Shown: positions 60,988-64,000 of the stretch, piece after piece
Numbering within the stretch: position 1 is the first letter of the stretch
How the letters are laid out: the number at the start of each line of letters is the position of its first letter
From: Zootoca vivipara
Taxonomy: Eukaryota
Direction of reading: 5' to 3'
Assembly: GCF_963506605.1 (NCBI RefSeq)
Contig: NC_083288.1
Location: 29,450,001-29,514,000, forward strand
DNA: 64,000 nucleotides
Notes under the pieces: model-generated
Told to the model about the DNA's origin: nothing
The model's input: only the letters and a program-made list of their open reading frames with translations
The model's database searches: none
Translations under genes and position numbers: made by a program

Positions 60988-61279
60988 AGTGGTGGCAAAG
61001 TTATACCAGCACATCCTGGCCTTGGCGTTTGCTGTGAATGAGATCAATGAGAATCCAAAGATCTTGCATAATATCACGCTTGGTTTCCACATCTATGACA
61101 GCTACTACAGTCTGATGATGACCTATTGTACCACTCTAGATCTGCTTTGCAATTTGCGTAGATTTTTCCCCAACTACAGGTGTGACTTGCCAAAAAACCT
61201 GATGGCTGTCATTGGTGGTCTTGGCTCAGACACCTCCTTTCACATATCAGACATACTGGGCCCCTACAAGATTCCACAG
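60988..61279 (+). CDS. V2R coding exon 2 (292 bp)
   Basis: Acceptor tttgcAG; YQHILALAFAVNEINENPKILHNITLGFHIYD, PNYRC, YKIPQ; donor CAG|GTAGG; phase matches exon 1. Confidence 0.95.
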
Positions 61280-62009
61280 GTAGGATTTGTGCATGGAGAT
61301 TGTGGGACTTTAAAAGACCATACAGAAAGAGAGGCATGGTTCACAGAAAAACAAAATATTGTGTGATGATTAAAGAACATATCCTGATGAGGAATGTCTT
61401 CAGACAGACTAGGGAAACAGGTGGCATGGAATATAATCTGGCAACTTGGAAGGCTTCCTTCTTATCCCCCGCCCCCCATAAATTGTACCCCACAGTCTCC
61501 TTTTATGCTATTGGAATAGCTGCTGTTATTTCAAGTTGCTTTATTTTACAATGATAGTGCTTTTTTCCCCATGGAAATTCTTTTATATTCATAGCAGTCC
61601 CATGCAGATCTCTACTAATGCATCGCTAGTAATTGGGGAGAAAATTTGTTGATTTGTATTTAACAGCAAACCTCCCTTATCTGCACTTTCTGAAACCATA
61701 TGCAAACTGAAACACAGCCATCTTTTGAAATTTGCACGTCTGAAAGTTTTGCAATGCAGTTCTTCAGCAAAGTAATGTGTTTAAATATGCCTAAACTAAA
61801 GCAAAGTGCACATACAAATGCATATAGTACTGAAAGTTGCTTACAAAATGATTTAGATAAAGGGAATTTGCTTTTGAAAAATTGGATATATTAGGCATCC
61901 TTGCATACAAAAATGTGTATTAGATATTAGAAGTGGAAAAATTAGAAACTGAAACTGACAGATTTTCCATCACAAAGGCACCACTGAAATAACATTTTTT
62001 AAAAAATAG

Positions 62010-62852
62010 CTGACATACGGCTCCTTCGCCCCAGGGAAAAGTGATACAACTTCCTTTTACCGCATGGTTCCAAATGAATCTCATCAGTACCTGGGGATTG
62101 TCCGATTACTTCAGCATTTTGGATGGATGTGGGTTGGGCTCTTTGCTGTGGATGATGATAGTGGAGAACAGTTCTTGCAGATGTTGGAACCAATGCTTTC
62201 TCAGAATGGCATCTGTTCAGCCTTTGCAGAAAGAATTCCAAAGCAAGCATCTTGGCATACAGGAAACCAAATGAACACTATGGCCTTCAATATTAATCAA
62301 CATTTGACAAATAGCACAGCTAATACATTGATTGTCTATGGAGAAACTATGATCATTTCATGGTTAATTCTTATAACAGATCTTGTATATAAAGAAAATA
62401 TGATGTCTTGGAAAAAGCTGTGGATCATGACAGCCCAGATCGATGTTGCATTAACAAGCATTCAAGCCAAATCAAATTTGCAAGTGTTCCAAGGTGCTAT
62501 TTTGTTCACAGCGCACTCACATGAGCTTCTAAGCTTTAAGGAATATCTTCAAAATATAAAACTTTGCAGGACACAAGAAAACAGCTTTTTCAAGGACTTC
62601 TGTGAGCAAATATTTGGCTGCTCATTTCCAAATTCCCAGGATCTGATGGAGGATGGTAGTGAATGTACTGGGGAGGAGAGGCTAGAAAGTCTTCCTGGAT
62701 CTCTGTTTGAAATAGCTGTGACTGGCCACAGCTACAGCATCTATAATGCTGTTTATGCTGTGGTGCATTCTTTCCATGCAATGTATTCATCTAGATCCAA
62801 TAACAGAATAAAAGGAAATAAGAGAAGTCTTCAAGATTTTGGGGCTTGGGAG
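62010..62852 (+). CDS. V2R coding exon 3 (843 bp); the gene continues past the window
   Basis: LTYGSFAP..FYRMVPNESHQYLGIVRLLQHFGWMWVGL, CTGEERLESLP, SYSIYNAVYAVVH; donor GAG|GTAGC; open frame, phase 0/0. Confidence 0.93.
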
Positions 62853-62945
62853 GTAGCATTTCTACAATGAATTTACTGGTGGTTGCATTCAGTGATAATC
62901 CTATGCAGAGTAGACCCATTAAAATTTATAGACATGGCTAGTTTT

Positions 62946-63324
62946 AAGGTAAAGGTAAAGGGACCCCTGACAGTTAAGTCCAGTCACAGACGACTCTGGG
63001 GTTGTGGCGTTCATCTCGCTTTACAGGCCGAGGGAGCTGGCATTTGTCCACAGACAGTTTTTCCAGGTCATGTGGCCAGCATGACTAAGCTGCTTCTCAG
63101 AACGGAACACTGAAACCAGAGCAGTGCACAGAAATGCCATTTACCTTCCCACCAGAGTGGTACCTATTAATCTACTTGCACTGCATGCTTTCGAACTGTG
63201 AGCTTGGCAGGAGCTGGGACCAAACAACAGGAGCTCATCCTGTCATGGGGATTTGAACCGCCGACCTTCTGATTGGCAAGCCGAAGAGGCTCAGTGGTTT
63301 AGACCACAGTGCTACCCGTGTCCC
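62946..63324 (-). mobile_element. Sauria SINE in V2R intron 3
   Basis: aaggtaaaggtaaagggacccctgac...acccgtgtccc, reverse complement of the SINE. Confidence 0.93.
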
Positions 63325-64000
63325 TATGACTATGCTTATGACTAGTTTAGGTACATTCATTTCAATGGATCTACTCTGTGTAAAGCTTAGTTGGGGACAG
63401 TCTTTTGTTGTCATGAAAAGCTCAATACAAAGTGAGATAATATCAAACATCCAAGATCCTGTTGATCTGTGAACAACTGGTGAAATGGTGGTGTGCACAT
63501 TATTTATTGATAAACTGTTATAGTTTCCAATTTTCTCTTCCTGTAATTCCATTATAAAGTATATACTCCAATACTATGCTTATATAGTATAAACATAGGA
63601 AAGTACCTGTAGTGGTCAGTGGAGATGGAGAGGTGTTGCTCACCTGGCTTCCATACAGCAAGTTCCACTGTTACTTACTAAGATGAGGAGGCTCAAAGCA
63701 TGGTGAGCTTAATGTTTTGTGTGCACCCAACACTCCTGTCACCATGCTTGCATCATGTTGAGCTCCTCACACCTTGCTTCTCCCCTTTTCCACCTGGGTA
63801 AGCAGCAGCAGCACTTGCAAACCATGCCACCCAACCTCCACCACCCCACTGACCTTTACTAGAAACTTGGCACCACTTGGGGAGAAAGAGCAATATATAA
63901 GTTCAAGTAATAAGTGCATACATTTCCCATCTTCCACTATTGCAGAACAGCTGTTACTGTTGTTTAGGCTGCACTTACATAAAACTTCAAACAACTGTAA

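Overview
Eukaryotic DNA from a squamate reptile, probably a lacertid lizard (inferred from Sauria SINE, BovB, Penelope and CR1 content). It is a chemoreceptor locus with five intact single-exon class II olfactory receptor (OR14-like) genes on +. A sixth OR starts on - and runs off the left edge; the ORF track misses it. There are also two OR pseudogene fragments and the first three coding exons of a vomeronasal type-2 receptor (V2R, class C GPCR) at the right edge. The ORs form two paralogous pairs (17951/33401 and 43498/53471) whose upstream blocks share candidate 5' non-coding exons and O/E-like plus homeodomain sites. The rest is dense TE sequence: a young CR1, several L1, RTEX-like, Rex/Babar and L2 fragments, a composite Helitron, nested hAT/LINE/hAT insertions, Tc1-mariner MITEs, DIRS/Ngaro-like remnants and a Penelope palindrome. 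There is one N gap and a 1483-bp apparently perfect tandem duplication covering a putative OR promoter. I see no wholly new gene system. The best leads are regulatory (apparent doubling of OR promoter modules) and TE-mechanistic. All comparisons were made by eye, and TE fragment ends are approximate unless TSDs/TIRs are quoted.
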